A stretch of DNA of 64,000 nt from an uncultured Candidatus Saccharibacteria bacterium (GTDB taxonomy: Bacteria > Patescibacteriota > Minisyncoccia > Phycocordibacterales > UBA9973). Shown here in pieces: positions 1-8,541 of this stretch. The stretch spans positions 11,191 to 75,190 of the forward strand of contig CAYSMH010000001.1 in the NCBI GenBank assembly GCA_964432275.1. Reading direction: 5' to 3'. Position numbers and translations under genes: made by a program. The notes beneath the pieces were generated by a model that ran no database searches, had not been told where the DNA came from, and saw only the letters and a list, made by a program, of their open reading frames with translations. Position 1 is the stretch's first letter. Every line of letters starts with the position of its first letter.

Positions 1-20
1 ATAACCCTGAGGATGTTGCG

Positions 21-944
21 ATGTGTGTTTGGTATAGAGATAAATTTGAGAATGCAGGTATTAAATTTGCACCACCAGAGATTGCTTCACTATTTTCAAT
101 TGAAGGCACTGATCATGAATATAGGAAACAATTCGGATTTCACGGATTCGCTTGGACTGATATCCAAACATGGATAGATAGCCACCCGCAATATTCAACT
201 GTTGTTGAAACTTTTAACAAAGCAAAAATATCACGCTTTCATTCATCGTTAACTCTGGAACGGGAAAATAAGCTGGGTAAAATAAAAGAAGTTTTTGAGA
301 ATATTGCTCTCGAGGGTCATGTGCTTGGATCTGTTGCACGCAGAGATTCAGACCCTTACAGCGATCTTGATGTTTGGATTACTTTTAAAGACGAAGACTT
401 CCTTTCCGCCATGGAAAATAGAACTGATTTGTTTAGTAAAATTGGACAAGTAATCCGCATAGTTGAACCACACCAAAACGCTCCTATCGATGGGATTTTC
501 TCAGCGGTATTATTTAAGACCTCAAAGCGACTACTGACTGTAGACTTTTATCTTTGCCCACAATCTACTGCGTTCACTACAGATGAAAGTAAGAAGATAT
601 TTGGTGATGACAGTTTGTTTCCTATCGGTAAACTCGGATTAAATCCACAATCAAAAACTGTTACTGTGGAGTATAGAATTGATTTTTGTACTGGATTTTT
701 GATGACATCTATCAAAAAGTTGGCTCGAAAAAATGACCAACCCCTTGATGCTCTTTTGAAAGAATATGGATATCTCAGAGATAGGTATAGTATTCCTGTA
801 AAAGAAATAGCTAATCCAGAACATACATTCGCACAACTCTTGCAGGTAAGCGAAAACCTGAAAGAAGTTGCAAATGACACACAAAAGAAAGTTATTACTG
901 AAATCGAGAATTTCGCAAAACTCGTAGAAGAAAATCAAGAATAA
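21..944 (+). CDS. Pol-beta superfamily nucleotidyltransferase-domain protein (307 aa); substrate class unknown
   Basis: Motif GSVARRDSDPYSDLDVWITF (GS-x10-DxD) is a typical minimal-NTase core, and a further Asp lies in LTVDFYL. A Shine-Dalgarno-like GAGGA sits 7 nt before the ATG at 21. The gene lies on the 3' side of tRNA-Ser. Confidence 0.55.
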   Translation: MCVWYRDKFENAGIKFAPPEIASLFSIEGTDHEYRKQFGFHGFAWTDIQTWIDSHPQYSTVVETFNKAKISRFHSSLTLERENKLGKIKEVFENIALEGHVLGSVARRDSDPYSDLDVWITFKDEDFLSAMENRTDLFSKIGQVIRIVEPHQNAPIDGIFSAVLFKTSKRLLTVDFYLCPQSTAFTTDESKKIFGDDSLFPIGKLGLNPQSKTVTVEYRIDFCTGFLMTSIKKLARKNDQPLDALLKEYGYLRDRYSIPVKEIANPEHTFAQLLQVSENLKEVANDTQKKVITEIENFAKLVEENQE

Positions 945-950
945 TCAAAC

Positions 951-979
951 AAAAAGAGCGACCTTGATCGCTCTTTTTG
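951..979 (+). terminator. intrinsic terminator after the NTase gene
   Basis: Hairpin AGAGCGA-ccttga-TCGCTCT followed by TTTTT. Confidence 0.6.
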
Positions 980-1017
980 TTTACCTATTTCAGATAGCAT
1001 GTCGTGCTACCTGCTAA

Positions 1018-1105
1018 TGGCGGAGACGATGGGATTCGAACCCATGAGGCTTTGACACCTACCCCCTTAGCAAGGGGGCACATTCGACCACTCTGACACG
1101 TCTCC
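1018..1105 (-). tRNA. tRNA-Ser (anticodon GCU), type II with long variable arm
   Basis: Reverse complement reads GGAGACGTGTCAGAGTGGTCGAATGTGCCCCCTTGCTAAGGGGG...GGGTTCGAATCCCATCGTCTCCGCCA. The acceptor stem is 7 bp, the anticodon loop is TTGCTAA, there is a long variable arm, and CCA is encoded. Confidence 0.85.
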
Positions 1106-1167
1106 AATGGAGCTACTTTATCATATCTTTAGATCATATTGCTAGGATTACAAGATGAGTAATTTTT

Positions 1168-1544
1168 ATGAATGGAACAATAAAAAGATTGCGATTAACA
1201 ACAACCAGATTTTCAACCACCCCAAAGAACACGAGATATGGTGATGTAGTGTTGGACTCAATATTGGCAGTGAGGTGTATGGAAAAGGTAGTGCATATGC
1301 CAGACCAGTACTGGTGATCAATGCAGAAGGTAGTGAGAGTTTTATTGGTATTCCACTTACTTCCAAAATAAAGAATAAAAAATATTCGTGCATTATCAAA
1401 ACAGACGACAACACACTCCACACCGCACTGGTCTACCAAATCAGAAGTTTTGATAAACGAAGACTCACCAAGCGTAAGTACATCCTTTCATTACTTGAGT
1501 ACACCAAGATACAGTCATACATTACAAAGCTCTATAAACTATAA
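1168..1544 (+). pseudogene. MazF/PemK/EndoA-family mRNA-interferase toxin, interrupted by a frameshift near 1242-1252
   Basis: The C-terminal frame (ORF 1275..1544) reads GSEVYGKGSAYARPVLVINAEGSESFIGIPLTS...QIRSFDKRRL, closely matching EndoA/MazF (GSEQGGVRPVLVIQND...QIRTIDKQRL). The conserved N-terminal RYGDVV (cf. KRGDVY) is in another frame that starts at ATG 1168 and hits TGA at 1242. No antitoxin ORF lies upstream (the tRNA is there). Confidence 0.6.
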
Positions 1545-1651
1545 CAACCCCTTTCGGGGCTGTTGGCTTTTACAAGCAAGAGAGGAAACCTCTCAATAAT
1601 TTTATTATACACTATCTATGCATCTGCTACAAGAAATCGTATACTCTACAC

Positions 1652-2221
1652 ATGCAACCGATTATCAAATCTCGTTTCGAACAGTTTTCTGATGGAGTAT
1701 TTGCGATCGCGATCACGCTGCTTGCTATCGAACTTCATGCCCCCGAGATAGTTAGCCGTGATTTTGTTCAAGCGATTCGAGACCTTGCACCGTTTGTACC
1801 CTCGATCGCAACATTTGTGACATCGTTTGTCACGATCGCGATCTTTTGGGTCAACCACCACCAACTCACCGCACTCCTACAGACAATCAATCAGCGTCGC
1901 ATACTATGGGCCAATGTGTTGTTTCTTTTGTTTCTCACACTGATCCCGTTTGTGACTCATGCACTGAGCTTTGAACCATTTAACCCCACTCGCATGATCG
2001 GGTACTGTCTCGTCCTTCTTGGTGGTTCTCTCTCGTTTTCATTATTGCGCTATTTTATTCACCGCAGTCTTGGAGAGACTCATGTACCTATGCGTCGCAG
2101 TGCATTTGGACCGATCGTGTACCTACTGGCAGCATTTGTAGCACTCGTTTCAGTTACTGCGTGCTACGTACTGGTTACTATCCCTGCACTCTACTACTTT
2201 TTACCTAAATCAAGCTCATAG
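1652..2221 (+). CDS. TMEM175/DUF1211-family membrane protein (putative K+ channel-like)
   Basis: N-terminal RFEQFSDGVFAIAITLLAIEL signature and multiple TM segments. TATACT sits 6 nt upstream of the ATG. Confidence 0.7.
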   Translation: MQPIIKSRFEQFSDGVFAIAITLLAIELHAPEIVSRDFVQAIRDLAPFVPSIATFVTSFVTIAIFWVNHHQLTALLQTINQRRILWANVLFLLFLTLIPFVTHALSFEPFNPTRMIGYCLVLLGGSLSFSLLRYFIHRSLGETHVPMRRSAFGPIVYLLAAFVALVSVTACYVLVTIPALYYFLPKSSS

Positions 2222-2314
2222 CTATCTTTCTAGAGGATCCGTGGTATACTAGCTACGTTGTAATGTCCCCTCTCGAACAGGCGCGTTGCACGTTAGTAAT
2301 AATCACAATCGTAC

Positions 2315-2608
2315 ATGAATAATAAAGTATTTGTTGGAAGTCTCTCATGGAGTACAACCAACGATGGGCTCGCTGCACACTTTGCAGCTGCAGGCACCGT
2401 TACCAAAGCAGACGTCCTCTTGGACAAGATGACTGGCAAAAGCAAAGGCTTCGGCTTCGTTGAATTTGCAACTGAAGAAGAAGCTCGCGCAGCTGTTGAG
2501 AAACTCAACCAGAGTGAACTCGATGGCCGCACTATCTTTGTTGATTTGGCTCGTCCAAAGACAGAAGGTGGAGGTAACCGCGGTGGCGGATTTGACCGAC
2601 GCGCATAA
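2315..2608 (+). CDS. RRM-type RNA-binding protein with Gly-rich tail
   Basis: RNP-2 VFVGSL, RNP-1 KGFGFVEF, and a C-terminal GGGNRGGGFDRR tail. Confidence 0.85.
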   Translation: MNNKVFVGSLSWSTTNDGLAAHFAAAGTVTKADVLLDKMTGKSKGFGFVEFATEEEARAAVEKLNQSELDGRTIFVDLARPKTEGGGNRGGGFDRRA

Positions 2609-2628
2609 TAGAGAAATCTATACCTACA

Positions 2629-2656
2629 AAACCCCCGAGTATTCGGGGGTTTTGTG
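2629..2656 (+). terminator. intrinsic terminator
   Basis: Perfect hairpin CCCCCGAGTATTCGGGGG followed by TTTT. Confidence 0.75.
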
Positions 2657-2676
2657 CTAGTGGTACACTACAGACA

Positions 2677-4842
2677 ATGCTCAGTCTCTCATCCCCTGTC
2701 TCGTCGCTCGTTAGACTCAAAGAATCAACTAGACTTGGTCTTACAAAACTTGGGATTGCAACCATCCGCGATCTTCTCTATCACTTCCCGAGTCGGTACG
2801 CTGACGCATCAAGCTTCGTATCTATTGGCAACCTCACTGAAGGAATGGACGCAACAATCAGAGGTCGTGTTACAAAGCTTTCTGCAAAAAAGGGCTGGAA
2901 AAGTAAGATGACCATGACAGAAGGAGTTGTCGAAGATGTGAGCGGATCGATACATGTCGTATGGTTCAACCAACCATACCTTGCCAAGATGTTGCATGTA
3001 GGGGACGTTGTAGAACTCACCGGTCGTGTAAGCATGTACAAAGAAAAACCAACGCTCACCAACCCAAGTATGCGCGAAGAAAAAGTACTCCCCATCGACA
3101 GTCATGATTCACTCTTTGGAACAGATGATGACGCAGTACTCACTCCTATATATCCAGAGACTCGTGGTATATCAAGTGAGTGGTTTCGCCATACAATCGG
3201 GCGTGCACTTACTACACTTGACGATATTGTTGATCATATTCCTCAAACCATTCTCAAAGAATACTCACTTCCCACTCTAAAGACCGCACTCATTTGGATC
3301 CATAGTCCCAAGAAAAAAATCGATGCCCTCAAAGCACGCAAAAGATTCGCATTTGATGAAATACTTCTCATCAACCTCGCTCGACAAAAAGAACGTGCGG
3401 AAGTTGCGCAGAAAAAAGCCTATTGGATTGATGTAGCAAGTACAGATACTACATGGTTTACAACTCGATTTCCGTTTGCACTTACTGATGCACAAACATC
3501 TGCAACAAATCATATTTTAAAAGATCTCGAACGAGACATACCTATGTCGCGACTTCTTGAAGGTGATGTAGGAAGCGGCAAGACTGCAGTTGCAGCGATC
3601 GCAACGTACACCACTGTCATGAACAGGCCTAGTTCAAATGGTAAAAAGCAAACGTTTGGCAACCTCCAGGTCGCATACATGGCACCGACCGAAATACTCG
3701 CAACGCAGCATTTCGAATCATTCATCGAATTCTTTAAGGGTACTGGTATCTCTATCGCACTGATCACCGGCAGTGGCGCGCGCAAGTTCCCCACCAAAGT
3801 CGCATCGAGTCGTACACCATGGACCGATATTTCACGACCACAACTTAAGAAATGGATAAAAAATGGCGAGATACCCATAGTGATCGGTACCCACACCTTG
3901 ATCCAAAAGAGTCTCGAGTTCAAACACCTCGCACTTGCGATCATCGACGAACAACATCGCTTTGGACTCAACCAGCGCAAAGGGTTAGCAAAAAAGGATA
4001 CGCATTTCCCCCACCTCCTCTCTATGACCGCAACTCCGATACCTCGCACACTCGCGCTTACGATCTATGGAGATCTTGATCTCTCAGTACTCGATCAAAT
4101 GCCTACCGGCAGAAAACAACCTCTTACGAAAATCATCTCACCCAAAGATCGTGACCAAGTATACGAAGATATAAAAAAAGAACTCTCATCTGGAAGACAA
4201 CTGTATGTTATTTGCCCTCGCATTGATGAACCAGATCCTGACAAAGCAAAAGCAGTCCAAGCGCGATCAGTAGCAGCTGAAGCAAAACGATTGCAAGAAA
4301 AAGTATTTCCTTCATATCGTATCGGTATCTTGCATAGCAAAATGACCAAGGAGAAAAAAGAGTCTGTGATGCAATCATTTGCGCGACACGACATCGACAT
4401 ACTCGTTGCAACTTCAGTCGTGGAAGTGGGTGTCAATGTTCCCAACGCTACCGTAATGATTATTGAAGGAGCAGAACGGTTTGGTCTTTCGCAGCTCCAC
4501 CAGCTGCGTGGACGAGTCATGCGCAGCTCTCATCAGCCATATTGCTATCTTTTTGCTGAAGCAAAAAGTGACAAAACCCGTGAACGACTCACGTATTTCG
4601 TCCAAGCAAAAAATGGATTTGAGCTCGCAGAGTATGATCTACAGCTGCGTGGCACCGGAGAACTCACCGGTATGAAACAGTGGGGTATCTCAGATATGGG
4701 TATGGAAGCACTGCGCAATCGCAAACTTGTCGAAGCAGCGCGCCAAAGCGCGATACACATCATCAAGACAGATCCAACACTTGCAGCACACCCACTCCTC
4801 TTGGAGCAAGTATCACGTATCGCACACATGCATTTTGAATAA
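2677..4842 (+). CDS. recG: ATP-dependent DNA helicase RecG
   Basis: Wedge-domain motif DLLYHFPSRYAD, Walker A GDVGSGKT, DEQHRFG, and helicase C-terminal motifs. TGGTACACT lies 7 nt upstream of the ATG. Confidence 0.9.
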   Translation: MLSLSSPVSSLVRLKESTRLGLTKLGIATIRDLLYHFPSRYADASSFVSIGNLTEGMDATIRGRVTKLSAKKGWKSKMTMTEGVVEDVSGSIHVVWFNQPYLAKMLHVGDVVELTGRVSMYKEKPTLTNPSMREEKVLPIDSHDSLFGTDDDAVLTPIYPETRGISSEWFRHTIGRALTTLDDIVDHIPQTILKEYSLPTLKTALIWIHSPKKKIDALKARKRFAFDEILLINLARQKERAEVAQKKAYWIDVASTDTTWFTTRFPFALTDAQTSATNHILKDLERDIPMSRLLEGDVGSGKTAVAAIATYTTVMNRPSSNGKKQTFGNLQVAYMAPTEILATQHFESFIEFFKGTGISIALITGSGARKFPTKVASSRTPWTDISRPQLKKWIKNGEIPIVIGTHTLIQKSLEFKHLALAIIDEQHRFGLNQRKGLAKKDTHFPHLLSMTATPIPRTLALTIYGDLDLSVLDQMPTGRKQPLTKIISPKDRDQVYEDIKKELSSGRQLYVICPRIDEPDPDKAKAVQARSVAAEAKRLQEKVFPSYRIGILHSKMTKEKKESVMQSFARHDIDILVATSVVEVGVNVPNATVMIIEGAERFGLSQLHQLRGRVMRSSHQPYCYLFAEAKSDKTRERLTYFVQAKNGFELAEYDLQLRGTGELTGMKQWGISDMGMEALRNRKLVEAARQSAIHIIKTDPTLAAHPLLLEQVSRIAHMHFE

Positions 4843-4887
4843 AAAAACCGCCATTATAAAATGACGGGTAGTAAGCATAGGGGTTAA

Positions 4888-5016
4888 TTATTTTGTCTTT
4901 GTTTGCTGCTCTTCTCTGATCTCTGGACCTTCGGTACCATCTTGTAAGATCGGCATTATTTTCCCGAGAGCTATCAAACCAAGAATCGCTAGAATAATGA
5001 TAATGAACTTTTTCAT
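4888..5016 (-). CDS. small (42 aa) membrane or secreted peptide
   Basis: Sequence MKKFIIIILAILGLIALGKIMPILQDGTEGPEIREEQQTKTK has a hydrophobic N-terminal segment. The extended -10 TGCTATAAT (reverse complement of 5047-5055) lies about 30 nt upstream. Confidence 0.4.
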   Translation of the reverse strand: MKKFIIIILAILGLIALGKIMPILQDGTEGPEIREEQQTKTK

Positions 5017-5106
5017 GTGTATGATTTTTTGAGGTTTATTTAAATACATTATAGCACCTTTTATAGGTCTTGTCAAATGACTTTTTCGTGTTGTAGTACA
5101 AGGCTT

Positions 5107-5135
5107 TTGACAAAATACAATATATGTATTACTAT
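5107..5135 (+). promoter_or_regulatory. sigma-70-type promoter of the sigma-factor gene (TTGACA-17-TACTAT)
   Basis: TTGACA at 5107-5112, a 17-nt spacer, and TACTAT/TATAAT at 5130-5138. Confidence 0.55.
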
Positions 5136-5170
5136 AATCAAAAATATTCTTTACATCAAAACTTGTATAC

Positions 5171-6028
5171 ATGAGACAACTCAAAATCACTACACAGATT
5201 ACCAACCGCGACTCTGCTGTACTGGAGAAATACCTTGTTGAAATTTCAAGAGTAGATCTCCTTACCCCTGAAGAAGAGGTCATACTTTCCCAGAAAATTA
5301 AAATGGGAGATCAACGCTCTCTCGACAAACTGGTTCAGGCTAACCTCAGGTTCGTGGTGTCTGTTGCAAAACAGTATCAGCACCAAGGCTTAAGCCTTCC
5401 CGATCTGATCAATGAAGGAAACCTTGGACTTATCAAGGCAGCGCAGCGATTTGATCATACCAAAGGCTTCAAGTTCATCTCCTACGCTGTGTGGTGGATC
5501 CGTCAATCAATCCTGCAAGCATTGGCCGAACAGGGTCGGATAGTACGACTGCCAGTAAATAAAGTCGGCACATACAACAAGGCCAACAGAGCGTATAATG
5601 CTTTTGAACAAGATCATGAAAGGGAGCCTTCCACAGAAGAACTGGCGGAATTACTAGAAATGAATGAAAGTGACCTCATCAACATTTTCCAGGACAACAA
5701 TCGCCACACCTCACTAGATGCTCCTATCCATGAAGCAGAAAATATACCTATGGGTGACCTGCTCCGTGGAAACGATACAGCCGATGCCACTGCCATGCAC
5801 GATTCACTCAAAACTGAGATCAACCGGGTACTAGCGAAGTTATCGCTTCGCGAAGCAGAAATTGTAAATGCATATTTCGGCTTAGACGGTGAAAACGGTA
5901 TAACTGTCGAGCAAATTAGTCAAAAATACGATCTAACAAAAGAGCGTGTTCGCCAAATCAAAGAGCAAGCGGTCAAGCGTCTACAAAATCTCAAATGTAG
6001 TAGTATGTTGCTGAAATATTTAGGTTAA
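5171..6028 (+). CDS. RNA polymerase sigma factor, sigma-70 family, short primary-type (regions 1.2-4, no region 1.1)
   Basis: Region 2 DLINEGNLGLIKAAQRFD, FISYAVWWIRQSI, region 3, and a region 4 HTH (TVEQISQKYDLTKERVRQI). Confidence 0.85.
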   Translation: MRQLKITTQITNRDSAVLEKYLVEISRVDLLTPEEEVILSQKIKMGDQRSLDKLVQANLRFVVSVAKQYQHQGLSLPDLINEGNLGLIKAAQRFDHTKGFKFISYAVWWIRQSILQALAEQGRIVRLPVNKVGTYNKANRAYNAFEQDHEREPSTEELAELLEMNESDLINIFQDNNRHTSLDAPIHEAENIPMGDLLRGNDTADATAMHDSLKTEINRVLAKLSLREAEIVNAYFGLDGENGITVEQISQKYDLTKERVRQIKEQAVKRLQNLKCSSMLLKYLG

Positions 6029-6044
6029 TACTTCAACTTTAATG

Positions 6045-6073
6045 AATCCGGGATTATGATCCCGGATTTTTTA
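6045..6073. terminator. bidirectional intrinsic terminator between the sigma gene and ychF
   Basis: ATCCGGGATTATGATCCCGGAT flanked by A-runs and T-runs. Confidence 0.7.
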
Positions 6074-6077
6074 CTAC

Positions 6078-7067
6078 TTAGATTCGAAACTCGATCACGT
6101 CTCCGTCTTTGACGATGTATTCCTTTCCTTCAGTTCTGACCTTCCCTTTTGATCGAGCCTCTGCGTATGAACCGGCTGCGATGAGATCTTCGCACGCTAC
6201 TACTTCTGCTCGGATAAACTTATCTTTGAAATCAGTATGGATCGCAGTACCCGCGATAGGTGCACTACTGCCTACTTTGATAGTCCATGCACGTGTCTCG
6301 TCTTCTCCTGTTGTGAAAAATGTCTCAAGTCCGAGAAGCTTGTATGCACCACTGATCAGATCATCAAACCCTTTTTCAAATACGCTATCGATCTTTACAA
6401 ATGCGCCCGGCACATCAAACACTACATTTTCATTTGCCTCAGATGTGTTGAGCACGTAGAGCATTGGCTTGAGTGTGAGCAAGTTGAGCGACTTGATCAT
6501 AAATCTCTCTTCATCAGTCGGTTGTGCTTCTATTGCAAGTTTGCCAGCTTCGAGTACTGCTTCGATACGCTTGAGCAACTCTTCTTCTTTGATCGCTTCT
6601 TTGTCCCCCTTCTTTACGTCCTTGGACAGAGTGCCAATACGCTTGGACACTATTTCCATATCAGCGAGTATAAGCTCGAGGTTGATCACGCCAATATCTG
6701 AGAGTGGATCGACCTTGTTTGCCACATGTATCACAGACGGATCTTGGAAGGTGCGCACTACGTGGGCGATCGCATCGACTTCACGAATGTTGGTCAAGAA
6801 TTTATTGCCCAAACCTTCCCCTTTTGACGCCCCTGCTACGAGACCGGCAATGTCGACAAACTCGATTGCTGCAGGAATAGTTTTTACACTCTTTGAAAAG
6901 TCAGATAGTTTCTGTAGTCGTTCATCAGGTACTGGCACAATACCCACCGATGGGTCAATCGTACAAAATGGATAGTTCTCAGCCGGCACGCTCTTTTTCG
7001 TAAGCGCATTAAACAGCGTCGACTTACCGACGTTGGGGAGCCCGACGATACCGATGGATAAACTCAT
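6078..7067 (-). CDS. ychF: ribosome-binding ATPase YchF (Obg-family GTPase with TGS domain)
   Basis: N-terminal GIVGLPNVGKSTLFNALT, NYPFCTIDP, and a C-terminal TGS-like domain. Confidence 0.85.
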   Translation of the reverse strand: MSLSIGIVGLPNVGKSTLFNALTKKSVPAENYPFCTIDPSVGIVPVPDERLQKLSDFSKSVKTIPAAIEFVDIAGLVAGASKGEGLGNKFLTNIREVDAIAHVVRTFQDPSVIHVANKVDPLSDIGVINLELILADMEIVSKRIGTLSKDVKKGDKEAIKEEELLKRIEAVLEAGKLAIEAQPTDEERFMIKSLNLLTLKPMLYVLNTSEANENVVFDVPGAFVKIDSVFEKGFDDLISGAYKLLGLETFFTTGEDETRAWTIKVGSSAPIAGTAIHTDFKDKFIRAEVVACEDLIAAGSYAEARSKGKVRTEGKEYIVKDGDVIEFRI

Positions 7068-7141
7068 AGAACTGGATAATAGCAGGATCGGGCAAATAAA
7101 AAAAGCCCGCTACAATAACGGGCCTACATTGGGGAAATAAA

Positions 7142-7534
7142 TTATTGACTCTTGGATTCCGTTTTAGGTAAAAGTCCACAATATTTATTTCTCCAAAGAT
7201 TCTTTTCGGTGTTTGCCTTTTGCAATTCCTGCTTTAAATTTTTAAGCCGGCTTTCAAGTTGAGTAAATTCTTTGTCTGTTTTTTGTTCAAACTTCCAAAT
7301 CGAAAGTTCTACCGGAGTCATTCCTTCAATCAATTTCAATTTATCTTCCAGTTCGCTGACATAAGAAGAAAGTACACCTTTTTCTATTCGAACTTTTTCA
7401 AGTTCTTGTGTAAGCAATTTTATTGCTTCACTTTCAGGATGGTCCCGAATTATCCTTAAAAGGATATTGTTTGCGTAAGAATCATTTTGCAGGTGATTCT
7501 TTCCCCTGGTGCGGTTATTTCCATCTTTTTTCAT
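7142..7534 (-). CDS. hypothetical coiled-coil protein (131 aa), AT-rich
   Basis: MKKDGNN start, preferred over the longer ORF-track start. The upstream region 7535-7616 is an AT-rich divergent promoter region, and a terminator hairpin GCCCGTTATTGTAGCGGGC lies downstream. Confidence 0.5.
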   Translation of the reverse strand: MKKDGNNRTRGKNHLQNDSYANNILLRIIRDHPESEAIKLLTQELEKVRIEKGVLSSYVSELEDKLKLIEGMTPVELSIWKFEQKTDKEFTQLESRLKNLKQELQKANTEKNLWRNKYCGLLPKTESKSQ

Positions 7535-7616
7535 AAAAAATAATTTCCTATACTCTACTCCATTATTTGACAAAGTCAAGTTTAGGTTGTAAGATAATTC
7601 AAACAAAGCAATAATC

Positions 7617-8024
7617 ATGGAAGATCTTTTGAAGCAATACAGGAAATGGTCCCCTCTTAAAGAGCGAGAGATTATTAAACCTTTCGCCACACTAGAAGAG
7701 GTTTGGTTACTACTCCACAACGATGAGTTCATTTCAAAAATCCACAGCGATAGGAAGTTTCTGATCTTTATTAGAAAAAAACTATTTTGGATTTTAGAGG
7801 AAAACAAAGATGACGTTTATCTCATGTTTAAACGGTTCGATGTGGGAGAATCTGATGAGGCTCTCATTAGTATCGCTGACCAGGTACTACTCACCTACTT
7901 TGAAAATAATTTGGTCTTTCTTGATTTATGTAAAATAAGTTCAAGAAATGACGAATATAACTCACTAAGAGCATATTCAATAAATTCAAAGAGGGGTAGT
8001 GACTACAAATCGCCCTTAAATTGA
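7617..8024 (+). CDS. hypothetical protein (135 aa), AT-rich
   Basis: ORF divergent from 7142..7534; no recognisable motif. Confidence 0.45.
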   Translation: MEDLLKQYRKWSPLKEREIIKPFATLEEVWLLLHNDEFISKIHSDRKFLIFIRKKLFWILEENKDDVYLMFKRFDVGESDEALISIADQVLLTYFENNLVFLDLCKISSRNDEYNSLRAYSINSKRGSDYKSPLN

Positions 8025-8059
8025 CTATGTAAGGCTGTTCACGTAAGTGTTCAGCCTTT

Positions 8060-8365
8060 TTATTTCTTCCCCATCAACTGCATCAACGGCGCAAGTTCTG
8101 CACGATACTTTGCAATCTGTGATTTGTATTTCTCCATCACCGATACTGCTGCGTACATTTCATTCATGCCACCCTTCTTCTTTTCTTCTATTTCCTTTTG
8201 AATGTTTTCAAACAACGCCTTTACTTCAGGGTTTGATTCCAATGTCTTGAGTGACTGCGCAAGCTCAGGGTTGTCCGAGAGTTGCTGTGCGATCTGTTCT
8301 GCTTGTTCCTTTGGTACACCCTTCATTTGAAGGGTCTTTTTTATAAAAAATGATTTTAATCCCAT
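8060..8365 (-). CDS. hypothetical small acidic/helical protein (101 aa)
   Basis: ORF with a plausible -10 (TATAGT) 9 nt upstream; no family recognised. Confidence 0.45.
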   Translation of the reverse strand: MGLKSFFIKKTLQMKGVPKEQAEQIAQQLSDNPELAQSLKTLESNPEVKALFENIQKEIEEKKKGGMNEMYAAVSVMEKYKSQIAKYRAELAPLMQLMGKK

Positions 8366-8492
8366 ATATACACACTATAGCGTGGTATTAGATTTTTGCA
8401 AAAAGATATAAAGCATGGTACAGTGAAAATTCAGCAAAGTTCATAATAAAATAATACAATCTCTAAGTCCGACGACGAATTGGATTGGGGAT

Positions 8493-8520
8493 AAAATGAG
8501 GGGTAAAACCCTCTTTTTTA
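8493..8520 (+). terminator. orphan intrinsic terminator in the divergent intergenic region (possible sRNA 3' end)
   Basis: GAGGG-gtaaaa-CCCTC followed by TTTTTT, immediately before the UDG promoter TAGGTATAAT. Confidence 0.4.
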
Positions 8521-8541
8521 ATTACTAGGTATAATAAACTC

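Noticed and set aside
1563-1751. 62-aa ORF between the MazF-like gene and the TMEM175-like gene
   Set aside because: Low-complexity sequence that overlaps the promoter and start of the TMEM175-like gene; no support as an antitoxin.
5171-6028. Idea that the short primary sigma factor and the C-proximal lipobox lipoprotein indicate a Bacteroidetes origin
   Set aside because: Promoters are E. coli-type (TTGACA/TATAAT and extended -10), not the Bacteroidetes -33/-7 type. tuf lies between fusA and rpsJ. L30 is absent. Resemblance of the sigma factor alone is insufficient.
6469-6975. Long antisense ORFs inside ychF, ftsH, the beta-helix gene, fusA, tuf and others (for example 6469..6975, 23613..24116, 47646..47984)
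   Set aside because: They are embedded antisense in well-supported conserved genes, and their composition is typical of non-coding frames.
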